From contig SVIB01000001.1 in the NCBI GenBank assembly GCA_015055505.1, forward strand, positions 6,563 to 70,562: a stretch of DNA of 64,000 bases, written 5' to 3'. How positions within the stretch are numbered: position 1 is the stretch's first letter; each line of letters begins with the position of its first letter. The notes below the pieces were generated by a model that saw nothing but the letters and a program-made list of their open reading frames with translations, made no database searches and was not told the origin of the DNA. Source of the DNA: Clostridiales bacterium. GTDB taxonomy: Bacteria; Bacillota; Clostridia; Christensenellales; Borkfalkiaceae. Positions 38,161 through 48,121 of the stretch are shown here, one piece after another. The translations under genes and the position numbers were made by a program.

Positions 38161-38664
38161 ATGTCGGGAAAATTAGGTATGACTACCACCCAGAGAATGG
38201 CAGTTTTAAGAAATCAAGCTTCTAATCTTTTATGGTATGGCAGGATTGAAACTACTTTAGGAAGAGCCAAAGAACTCAGACCGTACGTAGAAAAAATCAT
38301 CACTCTTGCTATGAACACTTACGAGGATACCGTTGAATCGACCGTAACCACGAAAGATAAAAAAGGTAAAGAAGTTGTTAGCAAAATTTATAAAGACGGA
38401 GCAAAGAAACTTGCTGCAAGAAGAAAGATTATGAGCCTTACTTACGACCTTCAAGAGCAAAGAGGTAAGGAAACCATGAAAGAATTCAAGCAAAGAACCG
38501 AGGGTGTTCAACATCCTCTCGTTGAAAAGATTTTCAATGAAATCGCTCCTAAGTATGCGCAAAGAGCAGAAGAACTTAAACAAAGAGGCGGATACACCAG
38601 AATTTATAAACTTGGTGAAAGACGCGGTGACGCTGCTGAAGTTGCAATTATCGAATTAGTTTAA
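38161..38664 (+). CDS. rplQ: 50S ribosomal protein L17 (internal insertion of about 45 aa)
   Basis: Both ends are conserved L17 sequence (RIETTLGRAKELR and GGYTRIYKLGERRGDAAEVAIIELV). At 167 aa it is about 45 aa longer than the usual L17. Confidence 0.92.
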   Translation: MSGKLGMTTTQRMAVLRNQASNLLWYGRIETTLGRAKELRPYVEKIITLAMNTYEDTVESTVTTKDKKGKEVVSKIYKDGAKKLAARRKIMSLTYDLQEQRGKETMKEFKQRTEGVQHPLVEKIFNEIAPKYAQRAEELKQRGGYTRIYKLGERRGDAAEVAIIELV

Positions 38665-38685
38665 TAATTGACAATCTATAAAAAA

Positions 38686-38714
38686 GACTGACGAAACGTT
38701 CGTCAGTCTTTTTT
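38686..38714 (+). terminator. rho-independent terminator of the alpha operon
   Basis: The stem is GACTGACG/CGTCAGTC, followed by T6. Confidence 0.8.
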
Positions 38715-38858
38715 GATGCGGTTTTAGAAGTTTAGATAACGCGTTTTATATATTATTATATAATGATTAAGTAATTTCCCTCCTTTTTTTTGAGTTGACG
38801 TAAAAAAATTTTTTCACTTTAATACTTAAAATTTGTCAAAAATTGCAAAAAGTGGCGA

Positions 38859-38872
38859 TAATCGACTTATAG
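38859..38872 (-). repeat. dispersed motif, exact copy
   Basis: The sequence is taatcgacttatag, in the long AT-rich spacer upstream of the 1251-aa gene. Confidence 0.9.
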
Positions 38873-39155
38873 GCGGACTTTTGGTGTAAAACAGGGTATA
38901 AATTACCTCTAAGCGCGGTAAAATTTAGTAAAATTCCGTAAAAGCAAACTTATATTTTGCAAGAAAAACGCGTGATAATTACTAAATTTTTCCAACTAAA
39001 AAATGATTGTAAAAACAAGTAAGTAAAAAGTTAAAAAAGTTTAAAAAAATTTCATATATTTTATTGAAATTATTTGCTCTTTGTGATATTATATAAATAT
39101 ACTATATTTATATGTTAAAATATAGTAAGGTAAGTAGCGAGAAATCGCATAGGAG

Positions 39156-42100
39156 ATGGCTATGACTAAAAGCATCAGCAAGAAAATTTTATCGTTTTTG
39201 CTAATAACGCTTTCGGCGTTGGCTTTTTTTGTGCCTGCAATTTTCGGTTCTTCCGTAGATGCGTTGGCGCAGTTTGAAAGCAGTTACGACGCGCAGAAAG
39301 AGTATAGCGCAGACGAACTTAACGACCGTCTTGATGCTCTCAAAACCGATATCGCAACTATCAAAGAAGAGATAGGCGATAAGGTTACCGTAGACGAGAA
39401 TGACGAGGCTTATAATTACCTCGTTACAGCCATAAGTTACGATATGGCGGATTCGTCAACCGATTTAAATGAGATTGCAGAAAGATATTTGTTTGGAAAC
39501 ACCGGTCTTAACGGACTTTACGGTATTTACGAAACGGCAAACAATTTCTATAACCGTTACGTAGCCGTAGACGGAAACGGAAAGACTGAGGTTGCAGTTG
39601 AAAACGACTTAAATAAAGAAGTAAACGCAACCTTGATAGAAGAGGCTAAAGTTTATCTTTCGCAAAACTTCAAAGCAAAGTCGTATGAGTCTAAAGACTT
39701 CGATAAGACGTTAGTAGACGCAAAGGTTGCTGAATTTGAAGCCGGCGCAGTTGAAAACGCTAAGACGACTAACAAAACTCAAGACGACGTTTTAGCAGTT
39801 GAAGTTGCAAAAGTAAATTACTATCGTGAGATTTACTTTGGGGATAAGTACGGTAACGCTTATGCAAACCAAACGTTATATGAAAGCGAAACAGACGTAT
39901 CCGTAGAAAAGGCTCAAGAAGTAATAGCCGAAATGCAATCTATCTACGAAACCGAAACTTCTTTTGAAGTAGCGATGACGAAAGTTAGAGTTGAAGTTGC
40001 TAAGTACATAGACGGCTTAAAAACGTTAAAGTCTTGTATGGAGCGCGCGTACGAAGAAGTTTTAGATACGAAAGCCTCGGCAGAAACTGCTGAAGCAAAG
40101 AAAGAACTTCTCGCTAAATGCGAAAGCGCTTTCGAGGCGTATAGCAATCTCGGTACTATCGTTTATTACGAAAAGAACGCCGACGGAGAGGATATTCTTT
40201 ACAGTTTAAAAGACCTTCGTCCCGAAAACAGCGACAACAAACTTTTCGAAGGGGATAGAGAGGTTGCCCGTAAACTTTTGGTTGAATATAAGGATATCGT
40301 AAAAGACGCGGTAGCAAAAGTAGCAATCGAAAAAGAATCCGATTACGGCTTATCGGGCGGAACGCTTATTTCTAAATACCGTAATTACGCTAAAGCCCTT
40401 GCAGATTGCCTTGGAGAGTGCGGACTTTTACCTGAAGAAGAATCAGCCCCCGTTGCTAATTACACGGCTAAGAAGTATTCTTACGGCAGTGTAACGGTTG
40501 AAAACGGCAGTGATATCGTAAAGGCGTTTGAAGACAGTTTTACCGTAGACGGAGCGTTACAGGTTACGGACAACGGTAGCGCCGTTAGAAGCGAATCGCT
40601 TGAAGATAAGAAACTTACGAGTTCAATTACCGTTAAAGACAGCGCGGAAACTCCTAAATACGAAGTAACGCTTACCTGTATGGACGGTGATACTCCTAAG
40701 GAATTCTTCGATAGCGGAGCGGTATTGAGAGTAAGAGAGGGTGCAACTCCTTCAATAGAGAGAAACATCAACCTTCTTTTAAGCGGAGATAAAGTAAACG
40801 AGGTTGCCTCGAAGATTGACGAAACTACGAGAGCAACTTTAAAAGGTAAAATAGTTCGTTACTATTTCACCGTAACCGTTTTAGAGCCTAACGAATTAGA
40901 CGGAATACCCGCAGTTAAAGAAATTAAAGATACCGGATATACTTTCGTATTAACGATAAAATTCCTTGACAAAACAGAACTTGCTGAAATAAAAGATAAA
41001 ACCAGCGTAATCAAATACCGCCACACGACGGTTGAAGAGGTTTATAATATCACTTGGGGAGAGGACACTATTATGTTCAACGTAACCGATTTTACAAATG
41101 AAGCGCAAATGGCTATTATTAGCACGGGCACGCCAATGCTTGACAATATCATAACTTATGCGGTATTCGGTCTTGGCGGACTTATCGTATTGTTATTCCT
41201 TATTTGGATACTCGTTGCAGTTATTAAGAATTGGAGATATAAGATAACGTTCTATGCAAGAGGCGGTAAGTACAATAAGAGAATTAAAGTTAAATTACGT
41301 GAAAAGTTTAATCATCCCGCTCCACCAAGAAGAAAGGGATACAAGTTCCTTGGTTGGTATGCAGACTCTAAGTGTACCGTTAAATTTGCTGCAACTGAAC
41401 TTACTAAGAGAAAGAATATTAAAGTTTACGCTAAGTGGATTTCTAACGCTGAATACGCTAAACTTGAAGAAAAATATGCTAACGCAAACGCAAATGCAAC
41501 CGTAGTTGCAGGCGTTCCCGTAGTAGTTGACGCTAAGAAAGATCCTCAAATTGAAAAGATTGAGGCTGAAAAACTCGGCTACGAGGCAAAGAAGGCAGAA
41601 GAAGAGAGAAAGACTGAAGAAGTTAAACTTCAAGCAATTAGAGAAATCGAGCAGGCTAAAAAGAACGAAGAAGCACTTGCAAAAGCAGAGCAAGACGCTA
41701 AAGACGCTCAAAATAAACTTGACGAGGCTCTCGCTGAAAGAGATGAGCGCATTAAAGAAGCAAGAGCGGACGAAAGAACTAAGTGTCTTGAAGAAATTAA
41801 GGCTGTAAACGCTGATAACACTAACGTAGAGGATTACGAAGAGGCTATTGCAAAAGCAAGAGACGAAGCAAGCCAAGAAACTGAAGACAGACTTAGAAAA
41901 GAATACGACGAAAAAGCAGACGAGCAAGCAAGAATTAATGCTGAATACGCTGAAAGAATTAAGGCTTTAGAAGAGGCTAATGCAAGAGCAGAGGCTGAAG
42001 CAAAAGCAAGAGACGAGGCGGACGCTAAACGTCAAGCGGAAGAAGAAGAGAGAATTCAATTGGCAATCGCGGCAGGACTTGCGGCAAAACTTGCTGAAAA

Positions 42101-42911
42101 CGAAGTTGCTAAGGAAACTGAAGCTGTTGCTGAGCCCGTTGTAGAAGAGGTTGAGGAAGTTGAAGAAGTAGTAGAGGAAACTCCTGCATTCGATACCGAC
42201 ACCGTATTCGATAATATTAAAGCAGAGGTTTACAGTTATACCGACGCAAGCGACCTTGGATACACTCTTGAAGCAAACGTACCTGCATGCGCAATGAAAG
42301 TAGTTGGAGAAACTATTGAACTTGAAGTAAATCTTGATTTAGCGGATTGCGAAAAGAAAGGTTACAAAGTAGTTGCAGGCGAAAAACTTCCCGTAAAATT
42401 CGTTCTTACAAGCGAAGACGACGTTGACGAGGCTTACGAACTTGTTGAAGAAACTATGTTCGTAAACGGTCTTAGAAAGACTAAGAAAGCGGTAATTACT
42501 AAGGCTACCGACGAAACTCGCGCAAACGGATTTGAATACGGCGTATCAAGTGATAGGGTTGCCGATACTCCTGAAGAATTCTATAAACTCTTAAGAGTAT
42601 ACGCTCAATCTTTCGTACTTGCTGACGACGGCGAAGTTGAAAATAAAGCGCTCGTTAAGATGTTCCTTGCAAGAGGTAAGGTTTATATGTATCTTAACTA
42701 CACCGCAGAGGGCTTAAACGCATGCGACGAAGAAATGGCAAACGACGGATATAAGACCTTCATGACGGTTAAAAATGCTGACGACTGTAGAAATGCTATC
42801 AAGGCAATTTCGGCAATGATGAAAGAAAACGGACTTATCCGTTATCCGTCACAAGTAAGCGTAGCCGACGACGATTGCAAGAGAGGCTTTACTTACACGT
42901 TATCTAAATAA
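39156..42911 (+). CDS. very large single-pass membrane protein (signal peptide, ectodomain, TM, InlB B-repeat, charged coiled coil, C-terminal globular domain)
   Basis: The ORF encodes 1251 aa. It has an N-terminal signal-like segment, a TM helix around aa 665-690 (YAVFGLGGLIVLLFLIWILVAVI), a Flg_new-like repeat (GYKFLGWYAD...VYAKW) and an E/K/A-rich region. The second ATG at 39162 has better RBS spacing. Confidence 0.6.
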   Translation: MAMTKSISKKILSFLLITLSALAFFVPAIFGSSVDALAQFESSYDAQKEYSADELNDRLDALKTDIATIKEEIGDKVTVDENDEAYNYLVTAISYDMADSSTDLNEIAERYLFGNTGLNGLYGIYETANNFYNRYVAVDGNGKTEVAVENDLNKEVNATLIEEAKVYLSQNFKAKSYESKDFDKTLVDAKVAEFEAGAVENAKTTNKTQDDVLAVEVAKVNYYREIYFGDKYGNAYANQTLYESETDVSVEKAQEVIAEMQSIYETETSFEVAMTKVRVEVAKYIDGLKTLKSCMERAYEEVLDTKASAETAEAKKELLAKCESAFEAYSNLGTIVYYEKNADGEDILYSLKDLRPENSDNKLFEGDREVARKLLVEYKDIVKDAVAKVAIEKESDYGLSGGTLISKYRNYAKALADCLGECGLLPEEESAPVANYTAKKYSYGSVTVENGSDIVKAFEDSFTVDGALQVTDNGSAVRSESLEDKKLTSSITVKDSAETPKYEVTLTCMDGDTPKEFFDSGAVLRVREGATPSIERNINLLLSGDKVNEVASKIDETTRATLKGKIVRYYFTVTVLEPNELDGIPAVKEIKDTGYTFVLTIKFLDKTELAEIKDKTSVIKYRHTTVEEVYNITWGEDTIMFNVTDFTNEAQMAIISTGTPMLDNIITYAVFGLGGLIVLLFLIWILVAVIKNWRYKITFYARGGKYNKRIKVKLREKFNHPAPPRRKGYKFLGWYADSKCTVKFAATELTKRKNIKVYAKWISNAEYAKLEEKYANANANATVVAGVPVVVDAKKDPQIEKIEAEKLGYEAKKAEEERKTEEVKLQAIREIEQAKKNEEALAKAEQDAKDAQNKLDEALAERDERIKEARADERTKCLEEIKAVNADNTNVEDYEEAIAKARDEASQETEDRLRKEYDEKADEQARINAEYAERIKALEEANARAEAEAKARDEADAKRQAEEEERIQLAIAAGLAAKLAENEVAKETEAVAEPVVEEVEEVEEVVEETPAFDTDTVFDNIKAEVYSYTDASDLGYTLEANVPACAMKVVGETIELEVNLDLADCEKKGYKVVAGEKLPVKFVLTSEDDVDEAYELVEETMFVNGLRKTKKAVITKATDETRANGFEYGVSSDRVADTPEEFYKLLRVYAQSFVLADDGEVENKALVKMFLARGKVYMYLNYTAEGLNACDEEMANDGYKTFMTVKNADDCRNAIKAISAMMKENGLIRYPSQVSVADDDCKRGFTYTLSK

Positions 42912-43001
42912 TTAAATAACAAGCGGGAAAAACCCGTATCCTCGAAATATCGGGGTACGGGTTTCCTTGCGCTTAAAGAGCAATAAAAAAGAGGTTATAA
43001 T

Positions 43002-43472
43002 ATGAGTGAAAAAGTAATTCTTACCGAAGAAGGTTATCAACAACTTGAAAAAAGACTTGAGGAGTTAAAGTTTGTTAAACGTCCCGAGATAACCGAAAGA
43101 ATTAAAGTTGCAAGAGATTTCGGCGACCTTTCCGAAAATGCGGAATACGACGCAGCGAGAAACGAACAAGCCCGTATTGAGGGTGAAATTGTTGAAATCG
43201 AGGCTAAACTTAAGGTTGCAGAGATTATCAAAAACAGTGGAGCAAAAGACGTTGTATCGGTAGGAAAAACCGTAGAAGTATTAGACGTTGATTTTAATGA
43301 AGTTAGCGTTTACGAATTAGTAGGCACTACCGAGGCGGATATTGCAAAAAATAGAATTTCTAACGAATCACCGCTTGGCAAAGCCCTTATCGGCAGTAAA
43401 GTAGGCGACGTAGTAACAGTAAAAGCGCCTCAGTGCGATTATCAGGTAAAAATAGTTTCTATTAAAGAATGA
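43002..43472 (+). CDS. greA: transcription elongation factor GreA
   Basis: It has conserved GDLSENAEYDAA and a C-terminal FKBP-like domain. Confidence 0.93.
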   Translation: MSEKVILTEEGYQQLEKRLEELKFVKRPEITERIKVARDFGDLSENAEYDAARNEQARIEGEIVEIEAKLKVAEIIKNSGAKDVVSVGKTVEVLDVDFNEVSVYELVGTTEADIAKNRISNESPLGKALIGSKVGDVVTVKAPQCDYQVKIVSIKE

Positions 43473-43479
43473 TAAAAAC

Positions 43480-43507
43480 GGACTGTCGCTTTGACAGTCC
43501 TATTTTT
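43480..43507 (+). terminator. rho-independent terminator
   Basis: The stem is GGACTGTC/GACAGTCC, followed by a T-rich tail. Confidence 0.7.
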
Positions 43508-43599
43508 GTATTAAGAAGTTATTAATTGGCGGTAAAAAAGTATTTTAAGATATATTTTACGGATTGTGTGGGAATAATAAACCTAACGGAAGAAGTCAA

Positions 43600-44619
43600 A
43601 TGGATATAAAAATAAACGGTAGCAGACTTAAAAATATGTTCAGCTACGACTGGGTAAAAATATTAATATCAATAATAGCGGGAATTGTCGTATGGTCGTT
43701 ACTTTTTACGACTCTCGGTACTCGTATAACGGTTGGCGAGGAGTTTTATTTTACAACTTATGAAAAAGTTCAATCCGTAAGTCATTCAAATAACGGTAAT
43801 CTTTTAAAGAAGTTAAAAGACGAGGGAATTTTATCGTATGACGTTTTGGAGTGGCACTCGACAACTATAACCAGCGCAGGTCAGTATAGCGCAAGTTATA
43901 TGCTTAACTTGCGTACGACAACTAACGAGGGCGACGTAATAATTATGAGTGACGGCCGTGGAGAATACGTAAAAGAAGGCGAAGAAAACACGACTGCGAA
44001 ATCTATGGAAACCGCAATAAATTCTCGTTATTTTTATAATATAGAGGAATTTTTAAACGACGCTAAATCCTACTGCATTGATAACGGGTTTATTACCGTA
44101 AACGGCGAAGATTATTCAAACTATACCGTAAATAACGCAACTATCGAGAGGTATTTCTTAACTGAAAGAATAAATAGCGCAGGTAATTATAGAAAGACTT
44201 ACCGCACCGAGGCAAAAAAGCAAGAGGGCGTAAAAAACGAAATAATCCGTATAGAAAACGTCTATAAGAATTGGCTTTCGGTAACAAACGCCATAAAGAC
44301 GGCAAAAGACGAAGGCAACGATATTATTTGGTACGGCGAAATAAAAAAGTACGACAGTGAAGGCAAAGAGATTGAAGGACAAGGAGAAATTAAGCCTTTT
44401 GGAATAGACCTTTATAAACTCAATAAAAATTATAAAGACCGTAAAAAGATTGAAGACAGTTGGTTTACTTACACCAATAACCCAGAAGGCGAGGGAGAGA
44501 GAACGACTGCTGAAGGACTCGTTTTGTGTGTGTTCAATTTTGAGAGCGCACAAAGAGATATGCAATACGAATCGCTTGCTTTTATGAATTATATAATAAA
44601 GACGTACAGTGGGTATTAA
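43600..44619 (+). CDS. hypothetical N-terminally anchored membrane protein
   Basis: It has a single N-terminal TM segment (VKILISIIAGIVVWSLLF) and a large extracytoplasmic part. I recognise no family. I chose the ATG at 43600 over the upstream TTG. Confidence 0.5.
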   Translation: MDIKINGSRLKNMFSYDWVKILISIIAGIVVWSLLFTTLGTRITVGEEFYFTTYEKVQSVSHSNNGNLLKKLKDEGILSYDVLEWHSTTITSAGQYSASYMLNLRTTTNEGDVIIMSDGRGEYVKEGEENTTAKSMETAINSRYFYNIEEFLNDAKSYCIDNGFITVNGEDYSNYTVNNATIERYFLTERINSAGNYRKTYRTEAKKQEGVKNEIIRIENVYKNWLSVTNAIKTAKDEGNDIIWYGEIKKYDSEGKEIEGQGEIKPFGIDLYKLNKNYKDRKKIEDSWFTYTNNPEGEGERTTAEGLVLCVFNFESAQRDMQYESLAFMNYIIKTYSGY

Positions 44620-44620
44620 G

Positions 44621-45247
44621 ATGGGAAAAGGTTTTTTTATAACTTTAGAAGGTTGTGAAGGATCGGGTAAATCAACTCAACTTAAAATGCTTGAAGAATA
44701 TTTAAAAAAGAGCGGAAAGAGTTTTATTTTTACCAGAGAACCGGGCGGAACTCCTATTGCCGAAGAGATAAGAAAGATTATTTTAGACGGCAAAAACGTA
44801 GAAATGGAGGACGAAACGGAGGCTTTATTATACGCCTCAGCAAGAGCGCAACATATAAAGGAAAAAATTATTCCGTCAAAAAATCAAGGCAAAATCGTTA
44901 TTTGTGATAGATATATAGATTCCTCTTTTGCTTATCAGGCCTATGCGAGAGGTCTTGGTATGGAATTTATAAAAGGGATAAACGTTTACGCCGTACAAAA
45001 CTGTATGCCTGACTTAACCTTATTTTTCGATATTTCACCCGAAGAAGCATTCAAAAGAAAGGGTGGGGCGGATAAAGACGATAGGTTAGAACAAAGCGGA
45101 CTTGAATTTCATAAGAGAGTATATTTAGGATATAAGAAATTAGCCGAAGAATATAGCGACCGTATAGCCGTAATAGACGCAAGGCAGTCGGCGGATAAAG
45201 TTTTTGAAAGTGTTATTGAAATACTAAGAAAAAGAGAGATAATATAA
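44621..45247 (+). CDS. tmk: thymidylate kinase
   Basis: It has FITLEGCEGSGKSTQ, DRYIDSSFAYQ and lid motifs. Confidence 0.92.
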   Translation: MGKGFFITLEGCEGSGKSTQLKMLEEYLKKSGKSFIFTREPGGTPIAEEIRKIILDGKNVEMEDETEALLYASARAQHIKEKIIPSKNQGKIVICDRYIDSSFAYQAYARGLGMEFIKGINVYAVQNCMPDLTLFFDISPEEAFKRKGGADKDDRLEQSGLEFHKRVYLGYKKLAEEYSDRIAVIDARQSADKVFESVIEILRKREII

Positions 45248-46195
45248 TTGAACTATTTAGAAGAACTTATAAAATCTACTAACGCATATAAGATAATTAA
45301 AGGCGACAAAAAGAGGGGAACACTCTCTCACGCCTATCTTATCGTATGCCCAGACGGTGAGTTTTTGCGCGACTATTTAAAGGTGTTTGCAAAACTTATC
45401 GCGTGTGACGGTGACGGTTGCGGTAACTGTAGAGTTTGTAGGCTTATTAGTGAAGAAAAGTATGCGGATTGCAGTTTTTATCCCGAAAAAGACGGAAAGA
45501 TTTTAACGGCAGACGTAGACGATTTGATTTCAAAGACGTATATAAAACCGATAGAAAACGCAAAGAGGTTATTCGTACTTTCAAATGCTGAAAATATGAA
45601 TAGTTCTGCGCAAAATAAGATATTAAAAACCTTAGAAGAACCGCCCGAAAACGTTTGTATACTTATAGGCGCAACGGGAGATTACACTCTTTTACCGACG
45701 GTGAAGTCGAGGGTAAAGCGTATAGATATTCCGCCTTTTGGCGATAAAGTGCTTAAAAACGCGCTTATAGGCGAGTTTACCGACATAAAAAAGTTGGACA
45801 AAGCAATTTCACTTGGCGGAGGAAGACTTTCTAACGTAAAGAGAATTTACGAAGACAAGCAAATAGAAAAAACGGCTGACCTATGCAAAGAGATTTTGGC
45901 AAAAATGAAGTCGTCAAAAGAGGTTTTAGTCTATTCTTCTAAGATTGACAAAGAAAATATGACGGCGTTTATCGCTGAAATGAAAGTAGAAGTAATGCGA
46001 GTATTAAAACTAAAAAGGGCGGGGCTTTTAAACGATACCGATTTAAACGAGTTTAAAATAGGCGCGTTACTTGCAATAGAAGATATGCTTTCGGCAAAGG
46101 AAAGGAGTGTGGCGTTTAGCGCGAATACGCAAATGACTGCGGATTCTATTCTTTTCGGTATTTTGGAGGAAAAATACAGATGGCAAAAATTGTAG
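45248..46195 (+). CDS. holB: DNA polymerase III subunit delta prime
   Basis: It shows HAYL, Zn-module-like CGNCRVC, and ILKTLEEPP. The start is TTG and the tmk-holB-yaaT synteny is preserved. Confidence 0.85.
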   Translation: MNYLEELIKSTNAYKIIKGDKKRGTLSHAYLIVCPDGEFLRDYLKVFAKLIACDGDGCGNCRVCRLISEEKYADCSFYPEKDGKILTADVDDLISKTYIKPIENAKRLFVLSNAENMNSSAQNKILKTLEEPPENVCILIGATGDYTLLPTVKSRVKRIDIPPFGDKVLKNALIGEFTDIKKLDKAISLGGGRLSNVKRIYEDKQIEKTADLCKEILAKMKSSKEVLVYSSKIDKENMTAFIAEMKVEVMRVLKLKRAGLLNDTDLNEFKIGALLAIEDMLSAKERSVAFSANTQMTADSILFGILEEKYRWQKL

Positions 46196-47055
46196 GAATA
46201 AAATTCAAACATAGCGGAAAGGTCTACTATTTCGAGCCTACTGCAAAATTTTACAAAAAAGGCTCGGGTGTAATAGTTGAAACGGCAAGAGGAGTTGAAT
46301 ACGGAAAGGTTGTAATAGAACCCAAAGAAGTTCCTGACGAAGAGATTGTTCAACCCTTAAAACCGATATTAAGACCTGCAAGCGACGAAGACGAGGCAAG
46401 AGTAAAAAGAAACGAGGAAAAAGTTCCCTCTGCGCTTAAAATTGCTAACGAAAAAATAGTTGCAAGAGATTTGAAGATGAAACTTATCGACGCGGAGTTT
46501 ACTTTTGATAATACGAAAGTAGTATTCTATTTTACGGCGGCAGGAAGAATAGACTTTAGAGAACTCGTAAGAGATTTAGCCTCGGCGTTTCATATAAGAA
46601 TTGAACTTAGACAAGTCGGTATAAGGGACGAAACGAGAATACTTGGGGGAATTGCTCCTTGCGGAAGAGTTTGCTGTTGCGCAAGTTGTATGCCTGATTT
46701 TAGAAAGGTTACTATAAAGATGGCAAAAACTCAAGGACTTTCATTAAATCCAACTAAAATTAGCGGTCTTTGCGGTAGACTTATGTGTTGTTTAGAATAC
46801 GAAAACGACCATTACAGCGAAACCTTTAAACTTATGCCAAAAATCGGTAGCGAGGTTGTAACTCCCGAGGGAAAAGCAACCGTAATTTCCAATAATATGC
46901 TTAAACTTTTAGTAAAGGTTAAGATTGAAAACGGGGACGGCTCGCTTATATTTAAAGACTTTAATCTTAGCGATATCAAAGTAAAAAGGGCAAACAGAAT
47001 AGAAGACGAAGACACTTCAAAAGAAGAGAAAGAAATGAAGGACCTTCTCGATTAA
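46180..47055 (+). CDS. yaaT: PSP1 domain protein (YaaT/RicT, stage 0 sporulation)
   Basis: The PSP1 C-terminal domain is conserved, including the Cys cluster (CGRVCCCASCM, CGRLMCCLEYE). Confidence 0.88.
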   Translation: MAKIVGIKFKHSGKVYYFEPTAKFYKKGSGVIVETARGVEYGKVVIEPKEVPDEEIVQPLKPILRPASDEDEARVKRNEEKVPSALKIANEKIVARDLKMKLIDAEFTFDNTKVVFYFTAAGRIDFRELVRDLASAFHIRIELRQVGIRDETRILGGIAPCGRVCCCASCMPDFRKVTIKMAKTQGLSLNPTKISGLCGRLMCCLEYENDHYSETFKLMPKIGSEVVTPEGKATVISNNMLKLLVKVKIENGDGSLIFKDFNLSDIKVKRANRIEDEDTSKEEKEMKDLLD

Positions 47056-47180
47056 AAAGCAAAAATAAAATAAATTTAAAAAATTACGAAAATTTATATA
47101 CAAATATATTTTTTTGTGGTATAATAAAACGAAAGGGGAAAGAAGACGTTTCTTCGCCCTAAAAAACGGAGGTAAAAATT

Positions 47181-47351
47181 ATGGCATACAAAATTACTGA
47201 CGCATGTATTAACTGTGGAGCGTGTGCAGACGCTTGTCCCGTTGCTGCTATCAGCGCTGGAGCAGACTCCTACGTTATAGACGCAGATACTTGTATTGGT
47301 TGCGGTGCATGTGCAGCAGCTTGTCCTGTTGGCGCACCCGTTGAAGACTAA
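47181..47351 (+). CDS. fdx: 2x[4Fe-4S] clostridial-type ferredoxin (56 aa, absent from the ORF track)
   Basis: My hand translation is MAYKITDACINCGACADACPVAAISAGADSYVIDADTCIGCGACAAACPVGAPVED. It has a GGAGG RBS. Confidence 0.9.
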   Translation: MAYKITDACINCGACADACPVAAISAGADSYVIDADTCIGCGACAAACPVGAPVED

Positions 47352-47364
47352 TTAGTATTACGTA

Positions 47365-47392
47365 GAGGCTCGCTAAATGCGAGCCCCTTTTT
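47365..47392 (+). terminator. rho-independent terminator
   Basis: The stem is GGCTCGC/GCGAGCC, followed by a T-run. Confidence 0.7.
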
Positions 47393-47432
47393 CTATGTGG
47401 CTACGTTGTGACGTTGCCGTCTATATCAAGTT

Positions 47433-48113
47433 ATGATTTTAAAAGAAAACGAAACTTTAGAAGATTTACTTATAGATAATCTTAAAATAATACAAAATAA
47501 AAACCTTTACCGTTTTTCAAGCGACGCCGTACTCTTATCCCGTTTTGCATCCTTTAAAAAGGGGGATAAAGTAGCCGATTTTTGCGCAGGTAGTGGGATA
47601 GTCGGTATGCATTTCTACGCTTTAAATAAGGACGTCGAGTTAGTTGACGGATATGAAATTCAGCCCGAACTTGCCGATACTTTTCAAAGAAGCATAGAAT
47701 ACAACAACTTGGACGGTAAAATTTTTTGCCATAATATGCCTATTCAGGAAGTACCGAAAGATAAAAACGGTTTTTATTCGTTAATACTTTGCAATCCGCC
47801 CTATAAAAAGAAAAATTCGGGCGAGAAAAATCCCGAGGGGCATATTGCTGTTTGTAGGCACGAAATTGCCGTTACTTTAGAGGAAATAGTGCAAATTTCG
47901 GCAAAAAAACTGCGCCACGGCGGAAGACTTTGTATGTGCCAAAGGGTTGAACGGCTTACCGATTTACTTTACTTAATGCGCGAAAATAAAATTGAGCCGT
48001 ATAGATTGCAGTTTGTAATAAGCGGACAAAATCAAAAGCCGTATTTGTTTTTAGTAGAGGGAGTAAAGGGTATTACCCGTCAACTTACAGTACTTGAAAC
48101 GATAAAAAATTAA
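47433..48113 (+). CDS. class I SAM-dependent methyltransferase, tRNA (adenine-N6) YfiC/TrmN6-like
   Basis: It has the catalytic motif CNPPYKK and the SAM-binding motif DFCAGSG. Confidence 0.75.
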   Translation: MILKENETLEDLLIDNLKIIQNKNLYRFSSDAVLLSRFASFKKGDKVADFCAGSGIVGMHFYALNKDVELVDGYEIQPELADTFQRSIEYNNLDGKIFCHNMPIQEVPKDKNGFYSLILCNPPYKKKNSGEKNPEGHIAVCRHEIAVTLEEIVQISAKKLRHGGRLCMCQRVERLTDLLYLMRENKIEPYRLQFVISGQNQKPYLFLVEGVKGITRQLTVLETIKN

Positions 48114-48121
48114 GGATAATT

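Noticed and set aside
23245-38583. There are many antisense or out-of-frame ORFs of 60-170 aa inside the ribosomal protein, secY, map and rpoA genes, for example 23848-24270, 24210-24725, 28075-28479, 32034-32417, 34646-35089 and 36094-36492.
   Set aside because: They overlap strongly conserved genes on the other strand or in another frame. They have low-complexity or biased composition and no RBS, so they are shadow ORFs.
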